Shown: positions 40,709 through 51,116 of the stretch, piece by piece
How positions within the stretch are numbered: position 1 is the first letter of the stretch
How the letters are laid out: each line of letters opens with the position of its first letter
DNA from: Candidatus Babeliales bacterium
Lineage (GTDB): Bacteria; Babelota; Babeliae; Babelales; JANWKD01
Direction of reading: 5' to 3'
DNA: 64,000 nucleotides
NCBI GenBank assembly: GCA_963722075.1
Contig: CAVRJM010000001.1
Span: 1,152,001-1,216,000, forward strand
Made by a program: the position numbers and the translations under genes
Notes under the pieces: generated by a model
The model's database searches: none
Told to the model about the DNA's origin: nothing
The model's input: the letters and a program-made list of their open reading frames with translations, nothing else

Positions 40709-41228
40709 ATTCTTTTAATTGAACCGTAAAAGGATTAAGCACTAGCCCTATATGTACCTGAGGAGTCCCACTGGTATCAATCATATTCATTACTACTTCT
40801 TGGCTCATTCCTTCGGGTACAATAAAGAACCAGAAGGTAAGTACTTCTCGATCGGGTCTATATTCATTGACTCCATCAAGAAAGAAGTCTTTTATTTCAA
40901 TAGATGGTGGTATTTCATAATAGGTTTTTCTAAATGTTTGTGGCACCGATTTAAAACCGGTGGTTACTACGGCTGGATCTTCAATTTCTAATTTTATTAT
41001 TCTTTTTTTTGTATCAAAGAAAACCCGGTGAACTTTTTGAGTAATTAACGAATTTTGCCAGCCAAGCGCGAGTAAATTATTCAATTCTGATAAAAATGCC
41101 TTACGTTGATACCCCGGAAGTCGTTGCTGCAAATTTGGAATAACAATGGTTGCCATTAGACCAATGATCATAATGACAACCATTAATTCAATTAAGGTAA
41201 ATCCTTGTTTTTTACATTTTCCAAACAT
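40686..41228 (-). CDS. gspH: Minor pseudopilin GspH-like
   Basis: G|FTLIELMVV; position. Confidence 0.75.
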   Translation of the reverse strand: MFGKCKKQGFTLIELMVVIMIIGLMATIVIPNLQQRLPGYQRKAFLSELNNLLALGWQNSLITQKVHRVFFDTKKRIIKLEIEDPAVVTTGFKSVPQTFRKTYYEIPPSIEIKDFFLDGVNEYRPDREVLTFWFFIVPEGMSQEVVMNMIDTSGTPQVHIGLVLNPFTVQLKEYDTFQKP

Positions 41229-41619
41229 CTAAACGGTCCTCAGCCGGTGCTGCTTCGCCTTCTGGGCCATAGGAGTAGAGTTCATAGGGATGGTCTGCTC
41301 CTGGGGTTGGTTTATATTGAAAATCATTGCCCCATGGATCTTTTGGAACTTCAGCTTTTTTTAAGTAAGGCGGTTTTGCATTAATTAAATCTTCAAGTGT
41401 TTTAGGATAGGAGCCTTTTTCTCCGTGATAAGCATCAATAGCATTTTCTAAGGCGCGTATGCTTGCTTTTGCTGCATTTTCTCGACCAGATATCACCCAG
41501 CGATAAGCATTAGGCACCACAACTGCTGCTAAGATCCCGATGATCATAATAACGACCATTATTTCTATTAACGAGAACCCCTCTTTGATTGTTCTATATG
41601 AGAACTGTTTGGTATTCAT
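41212..41619 (-). CDS. gspG: Major pseudopilin GspG
   Basis: G|FSLIEIMVV, PKDPWGNDFQY, LYSYGPEG. Confidence 0.92.
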   Translation of the reverse strand: MNTKQFSYRTIKEGFSLIEIMVVIMIIGILAAVVVPNAYRWVISGRENAAKASIRALENAIDAYHGEKGSYPKTLEDLINAKPPYLKKAEVPKDPWGNDFQYKPTPGADHPYELYSYGPEGEAAPAEDRLDVWKM

Positions 41620-41636
41620 AACATTCCTTTCGTTTA

Positions 41637-42848
41637 TTATCCCATTTGAGTCATTTTCATCATTGGTTGAACGACTGACATAACTACAAAGCCAACCACC
41701 ACCGCCATTATTAACAGCATTATTGGCTCAAGTTTAGAAGCAAGGCTATCAGAAAACTCCGAAAGATCTGCTTCATAATTTTTTGCTACGGTTAATAACA
41801 TTAAGTCAAGCTGGCCACTCTCTTCTCCTGTTTTTAAAAGGTAGATTGCAATAGGAGGAAAAATTCCCGTTTGGCGTAAATATTCAGCAATCTTACCTTG
41901 TTTGATAATATTTTCACGCGCTTTATTAAGGGCATCTTTTAATATTCGATTATCAATAATTTTTACCACAATATCTAAAGCTTCAGAAAGATTAACGCCA
42001 CTTTCCATGAGCATACCCAGCGTGCGACTAAATTGAACAACGGCACCCATGCGGGTAAAAAATTTTATTATAGGAATTTTTAATTTAATATTATCAATGG
42101 TTTTAGCCCCTTGGGGGGTTTTACTCCAATAACGATACGCAATAACTAATATTATTATAAAAATGGCAATATATAAATAATATGTCCGTAAAAAATCTGA
42201 AGTAGCCATTAAACTACGTGTCGATAATGGCAGCTCAGCTCCTTGGGAGGCCAGCGTTTCAGTTAATGTTGGTATGACAAAGGTTAATAAGCCAACAATT
42301 ACAATAACAACAACAATTAATTGGATAATGGGATAGGTAAGCGCTCCCTTTACTTTCTTTTGTAATTCGGCACGCCGTTCCATATATTCAACTAAACGGT
42401 CTAAAATGACTTCAAGTTTACCGCTTGCTTCCCCGGCACGTACCAATTGAACGTAAATAGTGTCAAAGACTTTAGGGTATTTACTTAAGCCATCAGCAAA
42501 TGATTTACCCTCTTTAATACCATCTTTAATGGAAATAACTATTGATTTTAATCTCCCTTCAAATTGTTCAATCAACAATTCCAATGCCTGCAGTAATGGA
42601 ATGCCTGATTTAAGAAGCACTGATAGCTGTTTGGTAAATAAGATCTTATCTTTAAGTGAGACCTTTTTTTGCAATAATCTTTTATACCAGGGTTGTGCGC
42701 CTAATTGATCTTTGGCAATTTGAACTGAAATAGGGTACATCCCTTGCTTAGCTAATTGCTGCAAGACTGCTTCTTGGGAGGGGGCATCCAATGTACCTTT
42801 AGTTTTTTTGCCATCCTTGCCATATGCTTGGTAAGAATATAAAGCCAT
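41637..42848 (-). CDS. gspF: T2SS inner-membrane platform protein GspF/PilC
   Basis: FTKQLSVLLKSGIPL, AGEASGKL, ALTYP, GEESGQL, LEP. Confidence 0.95.
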   Translation of the reverse strand: MALYSYQAYGKDGKKTKGTLDAPSQEAVLQQLAKQGMYPISVQIAKDQLGAQPWYKRLLQKKVSLKDKILFTKQLSVLLKSGIPLLQALELLIEQFEGRLKSIVISIKDGIKEGKSFADGLSKYPKVFDTIYVQLVRAGEASGKLEVILDRLVEYMERRAELQKKVKGALTYPIIQLIVVVIVIVGLLTFVIPTLTETLASQGAELPLSTRSLMATSDFLRTYYLYIAIFIIILVIAYRYWSKTPQGAKTIDNIKLKIPIIKFFTRMGAVVQFSRTLGMLMESGVNLSEALDIVVKIIDNRILKDALNKARENIIKQGKIAEYLRQTGIFPPIAIYLLKTGEESGQLDLMLLTVAKNYEADLSEFSDSLASKLEPIMLLIMAVVVGFVVMSVVQPMMKMTQMG

Positions 42849-42942
42849 GCACTATCTTTCTTTATTTGTATAAAAAATAATTTTCATGATAAGATACATT
42901 TCTATACAATCCTTTCTTTTATTTTACTTATAAGGAGTTACT

Positions 42943-43908
42943 ATGAAAAGTACAACATTTTTGTTTTTCATCGTTTTACTTCTTGGTTTTTCATTAAATA
43001 CGATGCAGGGATATATTGCCCAAGAAGATGATAAAGATTTTCTATATGCTTGTTGTATGCCGCTAGATTTTAATCAACCCCGTATTATCCATGGATTTTT
43101 AAAGCGCATTTTAAGTGATAAACGATATGCATATGAATATTTTCCTTATAATATTAATTCTCATCTTATGCAATTTTTAGATCATGGTAAAGCTGTTAAA
43201 CATAATGCAACGTATACAGAATCATCATTGCGCTTATTTTATAATTGTATGAAGCGTGCACCATTCGTATGTAATAAAGCTTTTTCAGAGCTTCTTGATA
43301 AGGCTCCTCAATTATTAAATAATATTTCCAAAAATAATAATACCTATTCATTTTTTGATACCATTGAACAAAAAATGATGGGCGTATTTGTGCCAACTTT
43401 TTTACATCAGTTCCCCTTATTTAAAGCTAATCCTGAAGAATTTTTTAAAAGTCTTTCGCATGAATTGCGTATGATGATTGAAAGTACTTTCAACGCGCAA
43501 GATCATATTGCTCATGAACAAATGAAACAAATGTTTGTTCGTTTTGTAGAATTAGGGCTCTTAAAATTAATGTGGGATCCTTATAATTACGATGAATTAT
43601 GGAGTTCGGTAAAGCATATTTCTTTACAGCTTGAACAAGTTGCACAAATGGGATTAATCACCATTGATGAGCTTGATGATTGTTATAAATCATTACTAGA
43701 AAGTTTTTATCGCTTTGTTGATTTAAATGGGGCAGAGTTTCCTATGGCATTGATAGAAACTATTAAGGAAGATTTAGCATCACAAAAATTACTGCTATTT
43801 GAATTAGAAGAGCAAGAAGCGTCGCTTGAAAGCAAACGAGAACGCATGATCGGTGTATTAATTGATTTGGAAGCGCAGATTGAAGCACGTAAACGTGGAA
43901 TAATTTAA
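42943..43908 (+). CDS. Hypothetical secreted helical protein
   Basis: AAGGAG RBS; signal peptide; 321-aa ORF. Confidence 0.75.
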   Translation: MKSTTFLFFIVLLLGFSLNTMQGYIAQEDDKDFLYACCMPLDFNQPRIIHGFLKRILSDKRYAYEYFPYNINSHLMQFLDHGKAVKHNATYTESSLRLFYNCMKRAPFVCNKAFSELLDKAPQLLNNISKNNNTYSFFDTIEQKMMGVFVPTFLHQFPLFKANPEEFFKSLSHELRMMIESTFNAQDHIAHEQMKQMFVRFVELGLLKLMWDPYNYDELWSSVKHISLQLEQVAQMGLITIDELDDCYKSLLESFYRFVDLNGAEFPMALIETIKEDLASQKLLLFELEEQEASLESKRERMIGVLIDLEAQIEARKRGII

Positions 43909-43930
43909 TACAATAAAATTAAAGGACAAT

Positions 43931-44338
43931 ATGATAAAAAAATTATTATGTGCCAGTTTGTTAATGGGCGTAATGGTTAATGCCGAATCAGAAGCACCAA
44001 AAAAGGATAAATATGAAGAATGGTGTGATAATTTACGTTTAAATGAAGAGCAGTTAAAATTACTGAAAATTGCCATTAAAAAGAAATTGCATCACAAGCT
44101 ACCGGGCTCGTCTATTGATTTGTCAAAAAACGAAGATGATCTTTTAGCTCTCGCCTGGAGGCAAATATATCATTTAGGCATGGTAGATTGGCTTTATTAC
44201 GGCGCCGCTAATCATCAACTGAGAGACGAAGAAATAATAAGTAAAAATCTATTAAATATACATGACCAGGTGTATAAAAAATGTAATGTTTGTGTCAAAA
44301 AGAAATTAGCAGCGCTCAAAGAACAAAAAACTCAATAG
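43931..44338 (+). CDS. Hypothetical secreted protein
   Basis: Signal peptide ending VNA; AAGGA RBS. Confidence 0.7.
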   Translation: MIKKLLCASLLMGVMVNAESEAPKKDKYEEWCDNLRLNEEQLKLLKIAIKKKLHHKLPGSSIDLSKNEDDLLALAWRQIYHLGMVDWLYYGAANHQLRDEEIISKNLLNIHDQVYKKCNVCVKKKLAALKEQKTQ

Positions 44339-44354
44339 AAAAAAAGGGGAGTAG

Positions 44355-44771
44355 ATGAAAGTAATTAATTTCTTAGCGGCTATTTTTGTCATTTTTTCTC
44401 TCAGCGCCGATCCCATTATTAATTATGCACAAATTGATCAATGGTGTGCGCAGGCAAAAAAATTGGAAAGCGAAGAAAAGAAATTATTGACTTCCTATTT
44501 TCAATTGGTACAGAACCTAGCGCAATCATGTATTAAGAACCATCATTGGCTCCATACCGATGAAGGCAAAAAGGTACAGCAAGAAATTGATGAAGCGGTT
44601 CAGCAACTTCTTGAAAACAAAAACCTTAAACCTGTTTTTGATAATTTTACGGTATTAATCCATGAAGAAACCAATCAAAAGCAGCAGGATACTGATTGTC
44701 AAAATCCCCACACGTTTTATTACACAATTTTAGAAATGGTGGTTGAGGGATGCCTAGTATGTATTCAATGA
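44355..44771 (+). CDS. Hypothetical secreted protein
   Basis: GGGGAG RBS; signal peptide ending LSA. Confidence 0.7.
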   Translation: MKVINFLAAIFVIFSLSADPIINYAQIDQWCAQAKKLESEEKKLLTSYFQLVQNLAQSCIKNHHWLHTDEGKKVQQEIDEAVQQLLENKNLKPVFDNFTVLIHEETNQKQQDTDCQNPHTFYYTILEMVVEGCLVCIQ

Positions 44772-45736
44772 TGCAATTGCACATATCTACTATACGATAA
44801 ATAACCGCGTGCCAATTCAGAAGAAAGGGCAAATCGTTCTTTAGGATCAGAAATGAATACTCCTTCGGTCTCTACTTCTGAAGACTCCTCTGGGGCTTGT
44901 AAAGTTCTTACGTAAGGCAATACCTTGGTAACTAATTCTAACTCGGTGATTTCTTTTTGTTGATGTCGGCGAATTAACGGTTCTTCATCATCTTGATTGT
45001 GCAATTTATTGATTAACCAATGTATGCCGCGCATACACCAAGGAAGTTCTAAATAACGCGCTTTTTTAACTGATTCAAAGAGATCCGACGAAATAGCAAT
45101 AGTTCTTTGAGTAGCTCTTTTTCGGATATCGTTTTTTACCAATATAGCTGGATTTAATGAATGTCCCTTTTGTTTTCCAGCTATTTGCATAATATCTTTT
45201 TGCGTGGTGAATAATGCTGCCAATGCTAATAAACCGCCAGCAATTAACCCCTCTTTACCATTCTTGTTATATAAAGCAGCGAGTGATTCACCCATTCCCA
45301 CCCCCAAAAGACCGCCTACCAATAGTTTTCTCAATGTACATAATTCATTAGTGTCTTTAGTTTTTTTGCAAAAGAGTGAAGCCCCAAGTGCACCGATAGA
45401 TGTTCGATAGCCAATTGCATAAGAAGCGTCACCATCGACGTAAGACATTTTAGAATTACATACTAATTGAGCGCCAGTACCAATAAGTGCGGATGATAAT
45501 ACAGTGTTAGAAATTCCTTCATCAAGAAGAAAACATAATCCAATATAAGCCGATAAAACCCCCATTCCTACCCGTATCCCTTTTATATACAAAGGCTCTG
45601 GCTGTGAAAGATCTTTTAATTTTATTGTATTAAATATTGTACTCATGACATCAAGCATAGTTCCTTCCATTGCTTGTAATGAGCAAGAACTATTTATCAA
45701 TAGACTTAAAACCAGTATATACCATTTTTTTATCAT
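44765..45736 (-). CDS. Hypothetical secreted protein with Gly-rich hydrophobic helices
   Basis: Signal peptide ending LQA|ME; GxxxG helices. Confidence 0.7.
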   Translation of the reverse strand: MIKKWYILVLSLLINSSCSLQAMEGTMLDVMSTIFNTIKLKDLSQPEPLYIKGIRVGMGVLSAYIGLCFLLDEGISNTVLSSALIGTGAQLVCNSKMSYVDGDASYAIGYRTSIGALGASLFCKKTKDTNELCTLRKLLVGGLLGVGMGESLAALYNKNGKEGLIAGGLLALAALFTTQKDIMQIAGKQKGHSLNPAILVKNDIRKRATQRTIAISSDLFESVKKARYLELPWCMRGIHWLINKLHNQDDEEPLIRRHQQKEITELELVTKVLPYVRTLQAPEESSEVETEGVFISDPKERFALSSELARGYLSYSRYVQLHH

Positions 45737-45813
45737 ACATTTTCCCTATAAAAAATACGTAATAGTAGTATTATAAAAATTTAGAAGGGGAAAAACAATT
45801 TTTAGGAACTTTT

Positions 45814-46290
45814 ATGAATCTCCAAATATCAGCATACTTTTTTCTTAGTATTGTATCTATTAATTCCCTTACTTTTTCAATGAATAATCAGCAGGCGCAT
45901 GAAAAAAAGGTTATTGAAAATATAATAGCTTATAGCATGCAAGAAATATCTTCATTTGAAGAACTACAAAGATTTGTTGGATCTATTGTAGTGATTGATG
46001 CAATTCGCCCAAAGCCAATTCCTAAAAAATATACTATTTTGGACATTGATACGAGCCATTGGTGTGGACATATTGAGCCGACTCCTTATAACGACAATAA
46101 GGGCGATCTTTGTTTTAACTTAGCGCGCTTAATAAAAAATGGTAATTTTGCTAAAAGTTATTTAATTACCCAAAAAAAGTTAAAAAAAGGATTGCTGATA
46201 CGAATGACAACGTTAAAAGAACAAATCGCTATACAAGAAGCAGTCGACAATGATGAAGCGCATTTTGAATATTATAGAGTGATTGATTGA
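45814..46290 (+). CDS. Hypothetical secreted protein
   Basis: Signal peptide ending TFS|MN. Confidence 0.65.
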   Translation: MNLQISAYFFLSIVSINSLTFSMNNQQAHEKKVIENIIAYSMQEISSFEELQRFVGSIVVIDAIRPKPIPKKYTILDIDTSHWCGHIEPTPYNDNKGDLCFNLARLIKNGNFAKSYLITQKKLKKGLLIRMTTLKEQIAIQEAVDNDEAHFEYYRVID

Positions 46291-46380
46291 AATAAGGTAA
46301 TAAGCGCTGAATTTCACTTGTATTAATATTCAGGATACACTAAAAATAGTACTATTTTTTTACCAAGTGAGATTATTAAA

Positions 46381-48981
46381 ATGAGTTCGTTAGAGATTCG
46401 TAAGCTTTTTTTCGATTTTTTTTATAGTAATGGTCATACCAAAGTTCCTAGTTCTTCCCTAATTCCCGTGCAAGATCCAACAATTTTATTTACTAATGCC
46501 GGCATGAATCAATTTAAAGATGTTTTTCTGGGTAAAGAGACACGCAGTTATGGGCGCGCAGTAAGTATTCAAAAATGTATGCGAGCAGGTGGTAAGCATA
46601 ATGATCTTGATAATGTAGGTTTTACTAAGCGCCATTTAACCTTTTTTGAAATGATGGGAAATTTCTCTTTTGGCGATTATTTTAAAAAAGAAGCTATTCA
46701 ATTTGCCTGGGATTTCTTAACCAAAGTTATTAAATTTAATGAAAAGCAACTTTACGCTTCTGTTTATAAAAAAGATGATGAAGCGTATGCCATTTGGCAT
46801 GAATTGATCGGGTTGCCTCAAGAACGCATTGTGCGCCTTGGTGAAGCTGATAATTTTTGGCAAATGGGTGATACCGGTCCGTGTGGACCATGTTCTGAAA
46901 TTTATGTTGATCGTGGTCTAGAACTTGGTTGCGGTGATCAAACATGCGCACCCGGATGCCACTGTGATCGATTTCTTGAAGTATGGAATTTAGTTTTCAT
47001 GCAGTTTGATCGACAACCGGATGGCTCTGACGTTCCGTTAAAACGAGTCGGCGTTGATACGGGTATGGGCTTGGAGCGGTTATGCGCAATAATCCAACAA
47101 AAAGATTCAGTTTTTCAAACCGATTTATTTACGCCAATTATTAATCATATTGAAGAATTGAGCGGCTTGGTATATGAAAAACAAGCTGATACGATAAAAG
47201 CAGCCTTTCATGTGCTGGCTGATCATATTCGCGCAGCTACCTTTTTAATTGCTGATGGTTGTGCTCCTTCCAATGAAGGTCGCGGCTATGTTTTGCGAAA
47301 AATAATTCGACGCGCAGCGCTTTTTTCTAATAAAATTACCGAATCAGTGATTTTCCCCCAGTTGGCAAATACCGTTGTTGAGCAAATGGCCGATATTTAT
47401 CCGGAATTAATTACGGCACGTTCAATTGTGATGGCGGTATTGCAATCAGAAATAGAAAAATTTGCTACTAATTTAGTACATGGCCAGCATATTTTGGCTA
47501 GCTTCATGAAAGAAGAAACAAAATCAAAAAAAATAGCAGGGCAACAGGTATTTAAATTATATGACACCTATGGATTTCCGGCAGAATTAACGGAATTGAT
47601 TGCTCAAGAGCATGGCTTTACGGTTGATAAAAAAGCATTCGAGGATCTTATGGAAAAACAACGTGAGCAATCGGGTAAAAAAACGCACTATGGATCAGCA
47701 ATAAAAATTCCTGATACCCTTAAAACAACATTTAGGGGATATGAACAATTCGAAACTACCTCTACCATTGTTGCATTGATTAGTAATAATGAGCTGGTGA
47801 AACAAGTCAAAAAAGGTCAAGAATGTATTATCATACCTAAAGAAACGCCCTTTTATGTGGAATGCGGTGGACAGGTTAGCGATCAAGCGGTGGTTGAAAT
47901 TGATCAACATGTTGTTCCAGTAACACAATTACAAAAAATTGACGGCGCAATAGGATTTACGATTATTACTCCAGCGGATCTTGTGGTGGGTGATTCTATT
48001 AAACAAGTGGTTAATAAACAAGCACGTTTGAACACCATGAAGAATCATACTGCTACGCATTTACTGCAGGCGGCACTTATAGAAGTGCTTGGCAAACAAG
48101 TTAAACAAGCAGGCTCTTTAGTGGTTCCTGATTACCTTCGCTTTGATTTTACCTATCATGAGAATTTAACGGCAGATCAAATTAAAAAAGTAGAAGATAT
48201 AGTAAATGCCAAAATACAAGAAAATATTCCCGTAAAAATTACTCATACCACTTATAAAGATGCCGTCAATAAAGGTGTTATTGCCTTTTTTGGTGATAAA
48301 TACAATCCGGAAGACGTGCGCGTGGTTGAAGTGCCCGGTTTTTCAGCAGAATTATGTGGTGGTACCCATGTACGAGCAACGGGAGATATTGGTTGTTTTA
48401 AAATTATCGAAGTTACTGCATTATCAGCAGGCCAGCGTCGTTTAGTTGCCCTTACGGGTCCTAAAGCAATAGAGCTGTATCAAGAATGTTTCGCAATTAC
48501 TAAAACGTTGTCGCAAGAATTTAAAGTACAACAAGGCGACATTCTTACTGCGGTTGAAAAACAGCGTGAACAATATAAAGAATTATTGCATACCTATAAA
48601 AAAATAAAACAGCACATGATGATGGCTCAGCTACCGCAATTATTACAGCAAATAGAGCTTATTAATGATATTCCATTTTTAGGGGTGCAGTGCAATGATT
48701 GCAGTAATACTGAATTAAAAGAACTGGTTCATAAGTTGCAACTACAAAAACCAGCACTGTATATAGCAGTAAGCGCTGATGAGCATGGTTCAGCTTCTTT
48801 TTACCTAGAAGGAGCAAAGCATTACGAAAATAAAATCGATGTTGCTTCATTGCGGCAATGGCTTGAAAAGCAAGGATTAAAATCGGGGGGCAAAGGGCTC
48901 ACACTGCAAGGTGGGGGCGCTTTAAAAAAATCTGCTGCCTCTTTTTTTGATGAATTAAAACAATACTTAAGAAAATTATAG
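46381..48981 (+). CDS. alaS: Alanine-tRNA ligase
   Basis: FTNAGMNQFK, RHLTFFEMMGNFSFGDYFK, GPCGPCSE, NHTATHLL, ELCGGTH. Confidence 0.98.
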   Translation: MSSLEIRKLFFDFFYSNGHTKVPSSSLIPVQDPTILFTNAGMNQFKDVFLGKETRSYGRAVSIQKCMRAGGKHNDLDNVGFTKRHLTFFEMMGNFSFGDYFKKEAIQFAWDFLTKVIKFNEKQLYASVYKKDDEAYAIWHELIGLPQERIVRLGEADNFWQMGDTGPCGPCSEIYVDRGLELGCGDQTCAPGCHCDRFLEVWNLVFMQFDRQPDGSDVPLKRVGVDTGMGLERLCAIIQQKDSVFQTDLFTPIINHIEELSGLVYEKQADTIKAAFHVLADHIRAATFLIADGCAPSNEGRGYVLRKIIRRAALFSNKITESVIFPQLANTVVEQMADIYPELITARSIVMAVLQSEIEKFATNLVHGQHILASFMKEETKSKKIAGQQVFKLYDTYGFPAELTELIAQEHGFTVDKKAFEDLMEKQREQSGKKTHYGSAIKIPDTLKTTFRGYEQFETTSTIVALISNNELVKQVKKGQECIIIPKETPFYVECGGQVSDQAVVEIDQHVVPVTQLQKIDGAIGFTIITPADLVVGDSIKQVVNKQARLNTMKNHTATHLLQAALIEVLGKQVKQAGSLVVPDYLRFDFTYHENLTADQIKKVEDIVNAKIQENIPVKITHTTYKDAVNKGVIAFFGDKYNPEDVRVVEVPGFSAELCGGTHVRATGDIGCFKIIEVTALSAGQRRLVALTGPKAIELYQECFAITKTLSQEFKVQQGDILTAVEKQREQYKELLHTYKKIKQHMMMAQLPQLLQQIELINDIPFLGVQCNDCSNTELKELVHKLQLQKPALYIAVSADEHGSASFYLEGAKHYENKIDVASLRQWLEKQGLKSGGKGLTLQGGGALKKSAASFFDELKQYLRKL

Positions 48982-49119
48982 ATTTAAATAGACAAGTAAA
49001 AGAAAAAGACAAAGTTTTGCAAAATTCTAGAAAGAAGCGTTGAAATAGGTTTATTGAGTTTTTTAAAAGCGTTATTAAAATTTTAACTCAAAGCTTAATG
49101 TGATTGTATTTAGAAAGCC

Positions 49120-49335
49120 GTCGTTGCGAGCTTGTCGAAGCAATCCAGGTTAAAATAAATGATTTACATTTATCCAAGTGAATGAGCAGGAAATCAAGTT
49201 CAGTATTAATAGTTAATAATTTCTTTTTTATAAAATAATAAATTATTGTTAGCATCATTGGTTTAATAAATAATGATATTCAATTGCCGAAAAGCTATGA
49301 TAAAGCCTGGATTGCTTCGACAAGCTCGCAACGAC
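49120..49335. repeat. Palindromic REP/MITE-like element, type A (30-bp perfect inverted arms)
   Basis: gtcgttgcgagcttgtcgaagcaatccagg (49120-49149) and exact reverse complement (49306-49335). Confidence 0.9.
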
Positions 49336-49423
49336 ATACATTTGCATATTTGCTCCAGTTGAGCAAAATTTTGTAATATCTATGAATGCTAATATCTAAA
49401 AAAATTGAAAAAAGATTTTGATT

Positions 49424-51036
49424 ATGCAAAAAAAACCAATAGGTCATATTCTTTCCGGTTCGCTTGCTGATGGATTTACCATGCGCATAAAAGGGGGAAC
49501 TGCGCTTGAAGAAATAAAAACAGGTAAATTTGTTTCTATTGTAAGTAATCAGTACACTTTTTTTTCATTGATTACCGATTTGAATTTGGCAGTTACCGAT
49601 CCTGAAATTTTATTATTCCCGCCTTCTGCACAAGAAACGTTATTACTTGAGCTGCTTAAAACAAAAGATATTTATGCAACAGCGCATTTAAAGCCTATGC
49701 TTATGGTAAATAATCGACAAGAAATTATGCCCGTTAAAACCATTCCGGGCCATTTTTGCCCCGTCTATGAAGCCACAAATGAAGATGTTGCTTTAATTTT
49801 TGGTGATGAAGCGGGATGCTAGTAAGCGTTATTTTTCTATTGGCAATCCAGTGGATATGAAAACGCCCGTATGCTTAGATTTAGAACGATTAACCGAACG
49901 CAGTAATGGTATATTTGGTAAAACGGGTACGGGTAAAACCTTTTTAACACGTTTGGTACTTGCCGGTCTTATTAAACAAGAAAAAGCGGTTACCTTAATT
50001 TTTGATATGCATAGTGAATATGGGTTACAGGCTCGAACTGAAAATAAATCAGCATCATTTGTGAAAGGACTTAAAACACTTTTTCCTACCAAAGTAGTTA
50101 TTTTTTCATTAGATCCAGCATCTACACGGCGCCGTGGTGCGGCTGCTGATATAGAATTAATAATTCCTTATCATGCAATTGGCATCGAAGACATTCTTTC
50201 ATTGCAAGAAGAATTAAATTTACATGCAACGGCGGTTGAAGCAGCTTATTTAATTGCGGCACGTTATAAGCAAGAATGGCTTCAAGACATTACTTACGCA
50301 AGGAGAGCGCCTTAAAGAATTTGCTCAAGAATTAGGAGCGCATCCTGAATCAATTGCCGCATTATATAGAAAATTAAAACGCATTGAGCAATTACCCTTT
50401 TTTAAGCCAACTGATTACAGCGCTCGTGCCGAATCTGCTATTGATCAAATGATGGAATATATTGATCGAGGTATCAATATTATTGTTGAATTTGGCAATT
50501 TCACCTCTACTTTTTGTTATTTATTAGTTGCTAATATTATCACCAGGCGCATTCATCATGAATTTGTTAATAAAACAGAGCAATTTTTAGGCTCTGGACG
50601 TATGCAACAGGAACCTAAAAAATTAATGATCTGTATTGAAGAAGCGCATAAATTTTTAAATCCTTCAGCAGCGCGGCAAACTATTTTTGGTACTATTGCA
50701 CGCGAAATGCGTAAATATTATGTTTCTTTATTAGTAGTGGATCAACGCCCATCGGGAATTGATCCAGAAATTATTTCTCAAATTGGTACTAAAATTGTTG
50801 CCCAGTTAAATGATGAAAAAGATATTCAAGCAGTGCTAACGGGGGTAACCAATTCTTGTCAATTGCGTACCATTATTGCTTCGCTCGATAGCAAAAAACA
50901 AATCTTACTTCTAGGGCATGCAATTGCTATGCCAGTGGTAGTGCAAACACGCGAATATAATGAAGATTTTTATAAAGCGGTGAGCGATCAAATAACATAC
51001 AAAAATATCGATGAAGTTATTAACGAACTTTTTTAA
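49424..51036 (+). pseudogene. HerA/FtsK-superfamily (DUF87) ATPase split by two apparent +1 frameshifts
   Basis: HAS-barrel-like N-terminus; GKTGTGKT, IFDMHSEY, ICIEEAH, AREMRKY, DQRPS across three ORFs; extra G near 49813-49815 and extra base near 50281-50283. Confidence 0.85.
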
Positions 51037-51116
51037 ATAATTTTCTATTCAATTGAAAATAAAATAAAAAAAGTTAATCTTGTATGAGACGATTCAGAAT
51101 TTTATTGAGAGATTAC

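Noticed and set aside
11034..49335. Dispersed repeats as CRISPR repeats or integron attC sites
   Set aside because: Not arrayed with regular spacers; no cas or integrase gene; no clear RYYYAAC/GTTRRRY ends
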